The notes beneath the pieces were generated by a model. The model did not search any database, was not told the DNA's origin, and saw only the letters and a program-made list of their open reading frames with translations. The position numbers were made by a program, and so were the translations under genes. This document shows, one piece after another, positions 11,011 to 23,400 of a DNA stretch of 64,000 bases (the stretch's first letter is position 1; every line of letters starts with the position of its first letter). The stretch is from Octopus bimaculoides (lineage: Eukaryota), in NCBI RefSeq assembly GCF_001194135.2, contig NC_069002.1:4882511-4946510 (forward strand), in the 5' to 3' direction.

Positions 11011-14000
11011 TATATATCATCGATTTTACATCAGTTTTTCCTTTGAGGCTGTTTTATGTCTGAATGCCCTTCTTGACTGCAATGATACAATGCATTTATT
11101 TTAAAATCTGGGATGCTCACGGTATAATATTCATTATTTGTCTGTGCAAACCTACATAGATCTATACATACATGTATGCATATATTTGTCTGTAACCTAT
11201 ACACATACACTCACTCATCTGTGTGTGTGTGCTGAGGCATGTCTGTGTGGTTAAGAAGCTCAGTTCCCAACCACTTGGTTCAGTCCTACTGTGTGCCACC
11301 TTTGGCAAGTGTCTTCTACTATACCTCTGGGGTAACCAAAGTAATGTAAATGGATTTGATTGACAAACTAAAAGAAGCCCTTTGTGTGTTTGTGTGTGTG
11401 TGACTTGATATCTTGTGAGTGTTGTATGCAAGGGTCACCAGCATTCAGGCAGTGTCCTTCATTTCTAATCTTACATCAAATGAAAACCTGTCCAGCTGCA
11501 GGGAAAATATCACTTTACTTGGAAGCAAGTGAGAACTGATCACAAGAAGGATATCCATCCAGCCATAGAACATCTGCCTCAACAAATTCTGTCTGGCCTA
11601 TGCAAGCATGTGATATACAACGATATACAATGTCAGTATGTAACCTATAAACATAACATACATCTTTGTCTTTTGTAGGTAATGGTGGGGAGATCCAGTG
11701 GTGTTTTTCTCAAGTGAAAGGTACCATAGAGGAAGATATCACTGAAGGTAGGTGCTATTACATGATTTTGTTTCATTTTTCTTTATACACAGCACTAGCA
11801 ACCTGACCGGTTTCATGACCTTTAGTGTTTCTTGTTACTGTTGTTGTGTTACATATCTTGGGTCACTTTGTCTAGATGTGGTAGTTCTCATTAATACAAG
11901 GATCTCAGAGATGCGCTTATTTGCCCTCTGCCAGCTATAAAGGTTTATGCTATCTTCAGTTAGTCCTGATTGAATAGCATTGCAGTTCTGTTTCAGAATG
12001 GTCTTGATCTGGAGGCAAGTACACTTTTCCAAGTCCTGTTTAAGTTGATGGTCCTGGATATGAATAGCAGTGAAGGTCATTGCATGTTTTCATTAAGGGC
12101 TGTTTACTGACTGGGGGATTTCTTTAGATGCTGAAAGACATTTCTTTGAAACTCCTGTTTATCAGTGTTTCCTAGCTATTGGAATGGTATTTCGCTCATA
12201 TATGTTGAAGTAGCTGTTAGGAAAGTGCAGAATCCACTCAAACTTGCTTCAACAGTTCCAGTTGTCACCTGGGTATCACCTGAATTTCCCTAATGCATTT
12301 CTGGATTTGGACAAACTGTAGCAGGTGATCTATATTGTATTTAAATTTTCATTTGACTTACTGATAATTGCAATATAAATTGTCCATAATGCCAGTTAGT
12401 TGGCTATGCTGACCACAAACTTTGGGACTTGACTGTCAACCGAGGCAAAACTAATAGAAAGGGATCTGGTTACTGGAAGCTAGCTGCATGTTTTGTGACA
12501 AACATTTCAAGAACTAGATTAGCAGACTTTTTAAGTGGGGAGTACTGACAAGGACTGTCATCAGGTCATCACCAACAACAGGTGGTGAGTCTTACTTATG
12601 AGAAAAATTATTGGAATCTGTTAGTTTTAGAAAAGTTGGTAGTTATAGAGAACAGGAGAGCAGTAGTGTAGCTATAGGATGGAAGGACGAGGAAGCACTT
12701 TGGGGTTTACTGTGTAAACGGTGGAGGGAGAGCAAATTCAAGAGGTTTGCTGTGAAAGCCTGTATAAGGGCATAGGGTCAGCAAATTCAAGGGCTGTCCT
12801 GGCAATTAAGGAGGAGCTAATCAATCAATTAGAAGAGATTCATAGAAAAGGCATTGCAAACACTGTTCTAGTAGCAAGTACAGCCAATGACCATTTCTTC
12901 ATGGAACATGAAGGATATATTTGTGCTGGGGTGTTTTAGCTGAGAGAAGGGGATGAAAGGCATTTGATGTGCCTTGGTATCAAGAAGGGCAGTGTGAAAA
13001 AAACAAAAGACAAAACAAAACATGTTCATCTTCGACTAACTGCAATGGGCATTGCTTCTTTGATTCCAAGCACGTTTTTTTACTTTGCCAAACTGTTTTG
13101 TGAGGAGTGATAAGTGAAGGTGGTGGACATTGATACCTCTCTTGACAGTCTCCAGCGAATCTCATCTGAACATGTAGAGTACTGCAAAAAGCTGATTTCG
13201 GCAAGCAAAATAGGAGATAGTTTGAACTGCTCTGCCAGGCTAGATGACTCTGTCTTGTAATAAAATTTATTACATGTCTGGCTTGCATGCTGCTACTGTT
13301 TGGTCTACTAAAACTGGCAGTAATTGGAAAGATTCTCAGCCAGGTGAGTTGACGGAGGGTTGAAACAAGAGGAACATATAAAAACAAAACAGCTTTGGGT
13401 CCATAACTCAAACTAAACACAGATTATAGCAAAGGTAATTGTCAAAAGTGAGGTTGGTATTTGCAGTTGGAGACAAATTTATGCTTTCCCTAGGAAATCT
13501 ATGCCTGACAATGTCTACCTTGTGCAAAACCTCATAAAATGAGTCAGGAATACATCTGGTTTTGGTGGGTTCTTGATCAATTTAGATCAATCTAAAGCTT
13601 ATAACAAGATTAAACCTTTGCTACTTGGGGGCTTTCCTAAATGCAGCTGGTTTCACTTTCATCTTCTGAGCCTAGATCGCTACAATGTGTAGCATCATCT
13701 GTTTGGTAGTTAAACTAAATGGTCACTTATCTAACCCCTTTTTCTCTTTTTTTTATTTTGTTTGCATCATGTGCTAGGTCTGTCAAGGGTCCCCTATTTC
13801 CTTTCTCCTGAATGTTTTGGTGCTTGAGCCATTGCTGCAGAAATTTGAGATGTTTAGGAGCTTCTTGCTTGAGCTGTGTGTGTATATGCAGATATCACCA
13901 TTCTTTGTACCAGACTTGTTGGTATTTGAGTTGGTAGGCACCATACAGGAGGTGTACAGTGAGATCACAAGACGCACATTAATTGTGGGGAAAATTGTGG

Positions 14001-17000
14001 ACTGGCAGCTCAGCAGCTAGAGATGCAATATTTTGTAGGCTTGTGGCATCTGTCACTGGTCTGAGTATCTGGTTAAGGTGCTTGGAGTTTGGTTGCAGAC
14101 CAGATCTTTTGAATGATAAAGGGCTAAAATAGGTTGTAAACAAGGTAACCACTCACACTCAGAAATGGGTTGAGTGGAAGCTGTTGCATTTGAAAGTTAA
14201 AGCAGTAGTGGCTAATACTCTCATCACTTTGGTGTACAACCACTTGAGTGTTGTACTTTGTTCAAACAAAATGCTACTACAGTAGAGTGTGTTCTCTTTC
14301 ACTTCATGCGAAAGGGTCAAGTTCTGCTGGTCAAGAGATCTGTCTGACGCTAGCAACAAGTCCAGGAAGTTTCAGGATGCTGTGGTTAGTGATGTGTAGG
14401 CACATGTTAAAGCTCATCTCCTTGATTAGGCTGTAATCTTGGTTTAAACACACTGAGCTTGAGCTTTTGGCATCTAAAATGTTGCATGGGGCTCCTTGCA
14501 CTCTTTGCCAGCCAAAGCAATGTGGTCAACAGAGCAAGTACTGATTTCTATAGAAGATTAATGGAGGATATAAGCAATGATGGTTTGGGAATGACTTGAA
14601 CTCTGTTACACGGGACACTGTTTAGGACAGATGCTCAAGACTTAAAACTCTTCGCAACTAAAGTTGTCTGAGATGTTTGGAAATGAAACCGTTTTGCACG
14701 CTATCAATCAGAGTACATGGATGGCAGGTTTGTAAGCTTGTGTCAAGTAATTTGCTGTCATATACATGAAGGACAGATCTGGCTATCAGCTGAGTCTATG
14801 GCGAAGATTGGTAATTTTCTTCTGCCTGGTGATTACATCAAAAGAAGATTTTTGGTGGATGTGCTTAGTAAGCTAGATTAAGGACAAGGTTTCCCTCGGA
14901 GACATTGCCTAGCAGTGTGTGTGTGAATAAAGGGTGTGGGAGAGCTTCTAGATTGAAGTGTCACACTAAACCAGGTATTCTATGTGGTATGTTCCAAATT
15001 AACCTGGGTGGATTTCCTCTCTGATCTTTTTCTAGTTGATGTTACCGTTTTGTTTTCACTTTCATTTTACTCATTACACCCACTCGCTTTTTTCTTTCTC
15101 TCTGTAATTTCGTCCTTGTATTGTTCCTACATCTTAGGGTCCTTTGGTTCGAAGCCAGGACAGATAGAGGCCTTTCATCCTTGCAGGACCGAAAACTAAC
15201 AAGTACCGGTCAAATATTGGGGTCGATTTAATCGACTAACCCTCCCCTAAACGTCTTATCTCCTAACTTATGGCCGAATCGTTAGCGTGTTGAACAGAAT
15301 AGATCAATTTCGGTTGAGATCGTCTTTACTCGTCATGCCTCGGGGGTCGGTAAAATAAAGTACTAGTTAAAGTACTAACGTCGGTTTTAATCATCTATCC
15401 CCTCCTCTCAAAATTACTGGCCTTGTGCTTGAATTAGAAACAATTATCGAGGGTGGTGGATAGGCAGAATTGTTACAGCGTCGGACAAAATTGCCGTGAC
15501 TGAATTCCTTCCGGGTTCAAATCTCACCGAAGTTAACTTTTACTTTTTCATCCACCCAGATTCGATAAAATAAAGTACCTGTCCCAAGCCTCGGCTTGGT
15601 CGATTTCACAGACTAACCCACTCCACCCTCAAAAACTGCTGGTTTTTGCACCTAAATTTAAAACCAATCATTTACATCTTGTCCTAACATGAATAAGCTC
15701 CATTTAAATTTGTTGTCTTTTTTTTTTACTATATTATATATATATATATCGTTTTTTTTTTCTTATCACTTTCCATTCTTTATGTCTTCGTCTCTCTCTC
15801 TCTCTCTCTGTATGGCTATGTCTGTCTGTTTGTCTTTATTCAGCCATTTGTGTGTCTCCCCCCTTCCCTTTTTGTCCACCTCCTTTATCTCTCCATCTAT
15901 CTTATCAGCCTGTTTGCTAATATATACATCTATCATATCTTTTTTCTACCTATGTCTATGCTTGTCCGGTTTATCTCACGTCTGAATGTCCGCTATGAAT
16001 GTTCGTACGTCTCTGCGCGCGTGTGTGTATCTGTCTGTCTGTCTGTCTCTTACCTTCATTTCCGCTTAAAGCATTACTAACGTTTTATTATATGTATATA
16101 TATATTTTTTATTATTCTTTCTCGATTTCATATCGCATTGCCGCTTGCTATGATGATACGACTTAGCGGTAATAATTGTCACTGTTCCACAATGAGAGAA
16201 CAATTGTACTTTTTTTTTTTTCACTGGTTACACTAATAGCATTGTGCTAACTGTAATATCACTAGCTATAATGATTAGTAACCACTTATTGAAATATCAT
16301 TGGCAGCACTGATTAGCACAGCGGTTATTCGTAACATCACTGGCTATAATAATTAACACGGAAATTACTTGTTAATATCAGTGACTCTAGTTTTAGCTGG
16401 ATTGTCATAATTGTGGTGTCACTGGCTGCAATGATAGGTGTTGGCACGCTGATAATTGTAATAACACCACCGGTTGCAGTGATAACTCGGTGTCTGGCTA
16501 CAATGATAGCAGGCTGGTGATAGTGATCGGTGATACAGATAATGGTTGTTATATTTTTCTGTATTAATCTTTCATCGCCTGGCCGAAGCATTTTTCGTAA
16601 GTCTATTCTAAACGCCCAGATTTTTTTTTAGTTGTCCCTTGTTTCATACGTTCTGAGTAATATAAAACCTTCTATTCATAAATCCCAGTTTATTCTTTGC
16701 TGAGGGGGGAAATATGTATAGTATATGATGCATAGATGCCGGGGAAATATGCCATACACAGGACAGGGTTAAGGAAATGATTACTGATCTCATGATATAA
16801 CTGGTATTAATTTTATCTGTCTGATCGCTACATTTCTCGACAGCTCTCTGCTTGTTTTGGTTATGATTGGATACTGGACTCGCTGTTAAATGATAATGAT
16901 CTACTGCAGACTTGTGTGTATGTGTGTCTTCTCTATATTAGGGCAACAGTGGCACACTTGGTAAGGCTGCTTTGCAGTTGTGTTGTCGCTTAATACAAGG

Positions 17001-18057
17001 TCAGCCTCGATTTTGTAGAAGGCGTTCAAACCGTGACTGTTCTGTCTTTCTGGAAGGTATCGTGTCGGTAGGACTACAATACTTGAACAGCATAAGCTGT
17101 GATTTAAGTGGGATATATTTTGCAGCCATAATTTTTAGTAGGTCGAGAGACAGCATAAAGGCTCTCGCACCAGCTTCGTCGTGCCTTGCCTTGCAAGAAG
17201 TTTAATTACGTCCCTTTGCGTTTTGTTTTCGAATCTAGACGTGGTTGACTTTGCTTTCCATTCTAAGGCTCGGGTGGTGGTGCTGTCAATAAAATACCAA
17301 TCAAATAATAAGTTCTGTTCGATCAACGAACGTATGGGTCTTGCGTCGATATTAGTAATTATCAATTAATGGAAATTCTCATTAATTTCGTTGCAATATG
17401 TCTCTTACGATTGTTTTAAAAAAATCTGTTTCCTTTGCCGCTTCCAAACGAATATATTCACGTAACCCCCCTCCTTTCTCTGTTTTATTTATTTAATCGT
17501 AATTTTCGCTTCATCATTCGTATCCCAACACCCCGCATCAAACTAGGACGCGGTGGTTTTTTTTTTTCTTTTCTGGGGTAGGGATTGGCTAGTCTCTTCA
17601 TTGCACTGAACAAGATCATCCCTCTTTCCTTTAATACGAAGTATGTCCCTTATCCATCTCTTTCTCTGTAATTTTTATATTATGACTCTTTCCCCTCTAT
17701 TCCTTCATTATTGCTAATTACGAACCCACCACTTGGTGTGGAATATTTTTCCATGTGCTGATAGGATCTCAAAAAAAAAAAAAAAAAGGGAATTGGGTTA
17801 GAACTAGCTTACAAGCCAGTTCAGTATACTATAGTTACGCTTGGGCAGACTTGGTGATTATAATATGACAAATATATAGTTATTGATTTTCTTCATGAGT
17901 CGGCCCCTGAACTGATTTTTGATGTCCGACTCACCTCCCGCCCTCTCTCTTATCTAGGCTCTGCTCTGTTTACCCAGCAGCAACACGCGTATATATGTAT
18001 ACATACAAGTTCAACTCACATACACACACAATTACTTATACGGCATGTTTTGTACCC

Positions 18058-18098
<41 letters not shown>

Positions 18099-19023
18099 TT
18101 GTGTGAGTATTTGTTGAAAAGACTTCACAAACTGTTAGTTTCGCAGAACGAATCAATTGAAGTTTTTCAGCTTCTATAAAACACTAATTTACTCTACCTC
18201 TGGTATTCGAGTACTATTTTTTTTTTGCTGCCTATGTACTCACGTGTGTGCGTGCGCGGTCGCACTTCTGGGTTAGATAATTCCGTTAAGAATACATATC
18301 CGCCATCTCATGTTACAAGTTTTCGTAACTCTATAAATGATGTTTATCAAAACAGTTCCCCCATTATTTCGTTGAATTCGAAGGAAGGGTCTCCACTCCG
18401 GCTCTCATTTCGAATGAGAACATGTTGGAGCCATGTTAGACAGACACTTCATTGCAGTGGTTTTCAAACCGACAAGCACCCACTCCTCTACAAATATTTC
18501 TGAACGTGCTTTGTGCCCCACCCACCTCCTATTAAGATCGAATAAGAGTTTGTAGTCATATAATCTCAACATCTTAATTTTTATTATTAAAGATGGTACT
18601 TTGCCGCTTCCCCCCCCCAAATATATCTTCACATGCCTGTCTTTGGTGTCGAGTGCACTTGGTAATTGTGGGGAAGTAGGTTCGTTTTCTCCACTGGGCA
18701 TTTTCGCTGTTGATTGACACCCTGACTTTTTCTAAGAATATATTATTTGGACACTGTTGGTGTATATATTGGACCATACCAAAATAGTTCTTACCATTTC
18801 TAAGCTGATGATTTGTGATTTTTGCTTCTATTTCTAGTAGAGTTGGCGACTGTGTTCAGACTCTTATCTGCAACACTGTTGTATGTGTGTATAGTTGTAG
18901 GTGTAACCCCTATGTTATATACATCCCAGGGGATTCTAGAACTTCAGTAAATGTTTGACAGGGATATGGAGATATATATATATTTCAATCCTGAACCAGT
19001 TTGTCTCTATAAAAGACTATTGC

Positions 19024-19055
<32 letters not shown>

Positions 19056-20401
19056 TGCAACGAATGTAGATAGGTATAAGCAGACAATCTTTTTCAAATC
19101 ACACACACACACACACATACATACATGTATCATCTTCAAAAGCTGTGAAATATCACAGCTGGAATATTTCTTTTGATCAGAGGTGTGTCTGTTCGATCTT
19201 TGATCAGAGGTGTGTCTGTTCGATCAGGACTGATTGTCAAGCACCTATCCCAATATTCGAGTACTGATGTCTCATTCACTATCGTATCTGCATTGATATT
19301 CGTTTCTCCAGAGATCCACCGCCATTCAGAAATAAATAAATAAATAAATATTCTCGTTTGAATGAAACAACCTACTGTTTTGTCTTCTCTCTCTCTTTCT
19401 GCTGCTATTACTACTACTACTACTACTACTACAACACCATCTCGTGCCCATCAGGCATTGCTCGCCACTTCCGACCTCATCTGGAATCCGCCCACCATTA
19501 ATTACGCCGACTCTTCTGTTTCTTTTTTTCTTTTCTTTCGCCCGCCCTCTTCCTACATTCCTCAACGTCAAGTCCCATGAAAGCGATTTTCCCCACCACC
19601 ACCGTCTCTTTCTCTCTCGCCGTAACCAACCTGTTAATTTTTATTCAGTGCCAATCATCATCATCATCAGTTAAACACTGATCAATAAGAGAAACTTCCC
19701 ACGTGCTATGAGCGAAGTTCTTTCTTCTCCGAATCGACGGTGAAAAATATGGAGTGTACATCCATATACAGCAGCTAATTATTACACTATCTTAGATTTT
19801 ACACGGAAACAAAAATTCACACACACACACGCACACTATTCATCCATATGGATTGATAACTATATGTATAAGATACATATATGTATGTATTGCAGTGTAT
19901 AATTTTGATGCCTGATCTCTAAAACTGAAAGTAAAGCACTCCTTTTAAAATAACTTATGTGCCGATACAAATGGCATAACCGGTGTGAATATTAATATGA
20001 TAAATATAGGTATATATATATATGTGTGTGTGTGTGCGTACATGCATAAATGCACATGTGGACTGCAGAGCTTTGTAGATTGTCTTTTAGTGGTGCGATT
20101 ATCTCATTTTGCCTACCAAATACCCACCGTATCTTTCCGTTTCATATTCCATAAAGATTAAACTGCACCCATTGAAAGAGGCGCCTTTGCCATGTTACGT
20201 ACGAACCAGTGACCGAAGAGCCTGTAAAATAATATAGACCATAAGTAGCTGGGTTTTTTTTTCGTTAATATGGTCACAAGTCGAAACGGGTGTGAAAAAA
20301 AAAAAATAATGCCGTAAGCGAACTGTATTGATACAGGCATACCTCAAATTACATTGTTTCGAGTTACGTCTTTTTCGAAAACAGGTACCTGAAAAATATA
20401 T

Positions 20402-20437
<36 letters not shown>

Positions 20438-23400
20438 GCGGGGTGAGTGGAAGAAAAAAGGGTGGGGGTATCGCTAAATGGTGTCAATATTTCCACTTTG
20501 TGACAGCAAACTGAAAGAATGCCATCTTTTATGATACTAGGACTGGAACCGCGTGTTCTGTCGGTTGCAACACGTTCGCTTTCCTCTCTCAAGTTTGTAC
20601 ATAATGAAATATCTTGTATATCGTTTATAGGTCATTATGTAGACCCGTTAATTTATTTACCGTACACACAAACACATCCGATGTATGTGTGTCCATCCAT
20701 GCATATTCCTTTGCGCCTGTGCTCCGTATAGAATGTTGGTCACATTGCTGCTGCTGCTTCCCTTGGGGGTGGGGGCGTGTTGTTTCTGTGACTTACGAGC
20801 ATCCCTGTGTTTGTCCATTTCGTTCGATACTGAAATGACTGTGCGCGCACATAGATGTATATATATAACCACCTGCTTGATATGATTGTGTATACGAAGC
20901 CTTTACACACACACACACACACACACACAGAGCCTGTGATGCTTCTACCAAGCTGTCACCGGTGTTTGATGTCTGTGTCCACAGTGCTCCAATTCTTTCA
21001 ATCAGAACCGTATCCCCCCCCCCACCACCTCTTGTCAGTCGGAATTGAATTAAAATTTTATTTTTAGACTTGTAGAATCTTCGCGACTGTTTGAGCTCAT
21101 TATTTTGTTTTATTTTTGGCCAACGCTGAGAACACCACTAGATTTCGTTTTGTCTACTCTTGATGCAGCATCATCATCATCATCAATTATTACCGTCATT
21201 ATTTTCATTATGTCATTGTCACCGCCATTGTAATTAACACCCTCATTATCGTCATTCCATCAGTCCTTTGTTGGAATTACACCCGTAATTTTGACACATA
21301 AAGAATTTTTTTCTCTCTTTGGCAAAAATTAAAAGAGTAGGTAATTTTTCTAGATTGTTAATTTTGACATATTTTCTAGATTAATTTGATAATGGTTGAT
21401 GATTGTTGTCGACTTTATCTTTCACCTTTCCAAGTTCGATAAAATAAAGTAACCCCACTTCAAGTACTGGGGGCACTCTCCCACGTTTTATGCTTTGTGC
21501 CTGTGTTAGAAAATTATTTTAATTCTTAGGGGCTTCATACCATAAGCTTAATAAATCTTGTAAAGGAAAAGCAAGGTACTTGCTGTACACACACACAAAG
21601 CATATTATAAAGATGGGGTTGAGTTACTACATCAGTCCGAGACCTGTGAATGAATATCTTGCGACCCCATAAATAAATTCAGCCCCTTGATTTTTAAGAG
21701 GAATTTTCCCGCCCAGGATCCCAAAGCGCGCTTGTTCTTCCTTGCAAAAATTATTTCGCAGACTGTATACGCGTGCACGCATGCGTGCACACAGTTCGCC
21801 AGGCACTTAGGGAGGGCTTCTTAACGATTTCTTCCATGGATAACGAACCCATCTATCTGAAGAGACAGTCATCTCCACCAGGTGGATGGTCAGCAGAGTC
21901 CACCCTTTCCGTTTCTTTTGTTTGCATGGACCACACGGAACTTGTTGAGGCAGATTTTCTATGGCCGGTCGCACTTCCTGTTTCAAAGCGATGGAGGATT
22001 TCCTTGTGGCCAGACATGTTTTTGCATTCAAAACCAGAAACGAGCAGCGTTATCTGTATGACGGTGGTGCTCATTTACAGCAACGAAGCTAAGACAAGGG
22101 TGCGCGCACGCACGCACTTATACACGATGGGCTTCTTCCAGCTTCCGTTTATTGAGGTCACTCACAACAAGGCTTTGGTCGGTCCTGGGTTATAGTAAGA
22201 CATTTGCCGAAGGTGTCACGTAGTAGGGACTGAACCCGAGAACACATGGTTGAGAAGCAAGCTTCTGAAACCACACAGCCACATTTGTGGGGGAAAAAAA
22301 AAAAAAAAAAGGGTTAATCCCTCGCGACATTTTGTCTACTGCTTGTCGGTATCCACTGATGATAATCCTTTCTATTTTAGGCACAAGGCCTGAAATTAGG
22401 GGGCAGGGACTAGTCGGTTATACTGGCGCTTATTTTAACGACCTCGAAAGGAAGAAAAGGCAAAGTCGACCTCGGCGGAATTTGAACTNNNNNNNNNNNN
22501 NNNNNNNNNNNNNNNNNNNNNNNNNNNNNNNNNNNNNNNNNNNNNNNNNNNNNNNNNNNNNNNNNNNNNNNNNNNNNNNNNNNNNNNNNNNNNNNNNNNN
22601 NNNNNNNNNNNNNNNNNNNNNNNNNNNNNNNNNNNNNNNNNNNNNNNNNNNNNNNNNNNNNNNNNNNNNNNNNNNNNNNNNNNNNNNNNNNNNNNNNNNN
22701 NNNNNNNNNNNNNNNNNNNNNNNNNNNNNNNNNNNNNNNNNNNNNNNNNNNNNNNNNNNNNNNNNNNNNNNNNNNNNNNNNNNNNNNNNNNNNNNNNNNN
22801 NNNNNNNNNNNNNNNNNNNNNNNNNNNNNNNNNNNNNNNNNNNNNNNNNNNNNNNNNNNNNNNNNNNNNNNNNNNNNNNNNNNNNNNNNNNNNNNNNNNN
22901 NNNNNNNNNNNNNNNNNNNNNNNNNNNNNNNNNNNNNNNNNNNNNNNNNNNNNNNNNNNNNNNNNNNNNNNNNNNNNNNNNNNNNNNNNNNNNNNNNNNN
23001 NNNNNNNNNNNNNNNNNNNNNNNNNNNNNNNNNNNNNNNNNNNNNNNNNNNNNNNNNNNNNNNNNNNNNNNNNNNNNNNNNNNNNNNNNNNNNNNNNNNN
23101 NNNNNNNNNNNNNNNNNNNNNNNNNNNNNNNNNNNNNNNNNNNNNNNNNNNNNNNNNNNNNNNNNNNNNNNNNNNNNNNNNNNNNNNNNNNNNNNNNNNN
23201 NNNNNNNNNNNNNNNNNNNNNNNNNNNNNNNNNNNNNNNNNNNNNNNNNNNNNNNNNNNNNNNNNNNNNNNNNNNNNNNNNNNNNNNNNNNNNNNNNNNN
23301 NNNNNNNNNNNNNNNNNNNNNNNNNNNNNNNNNNNNNNNNNNNNNNNNNNNNNATACACACACACACACACATACATGCATACACATTTACTCACATATC

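Noticed and set aside
19362-19580. 72-aa ORF containing FFRPPSS, similar to Bbeta2 IFRPP
   Set aside because: Built largely on microsatellite sequence and ends in a stop without a phase-1 donor
20339-20384. 46-nt minus-strand microexon-like segment (ttttcag ... gag|gtatgc)
   Set aside because: No partner exons or homology for a nested antisense gene
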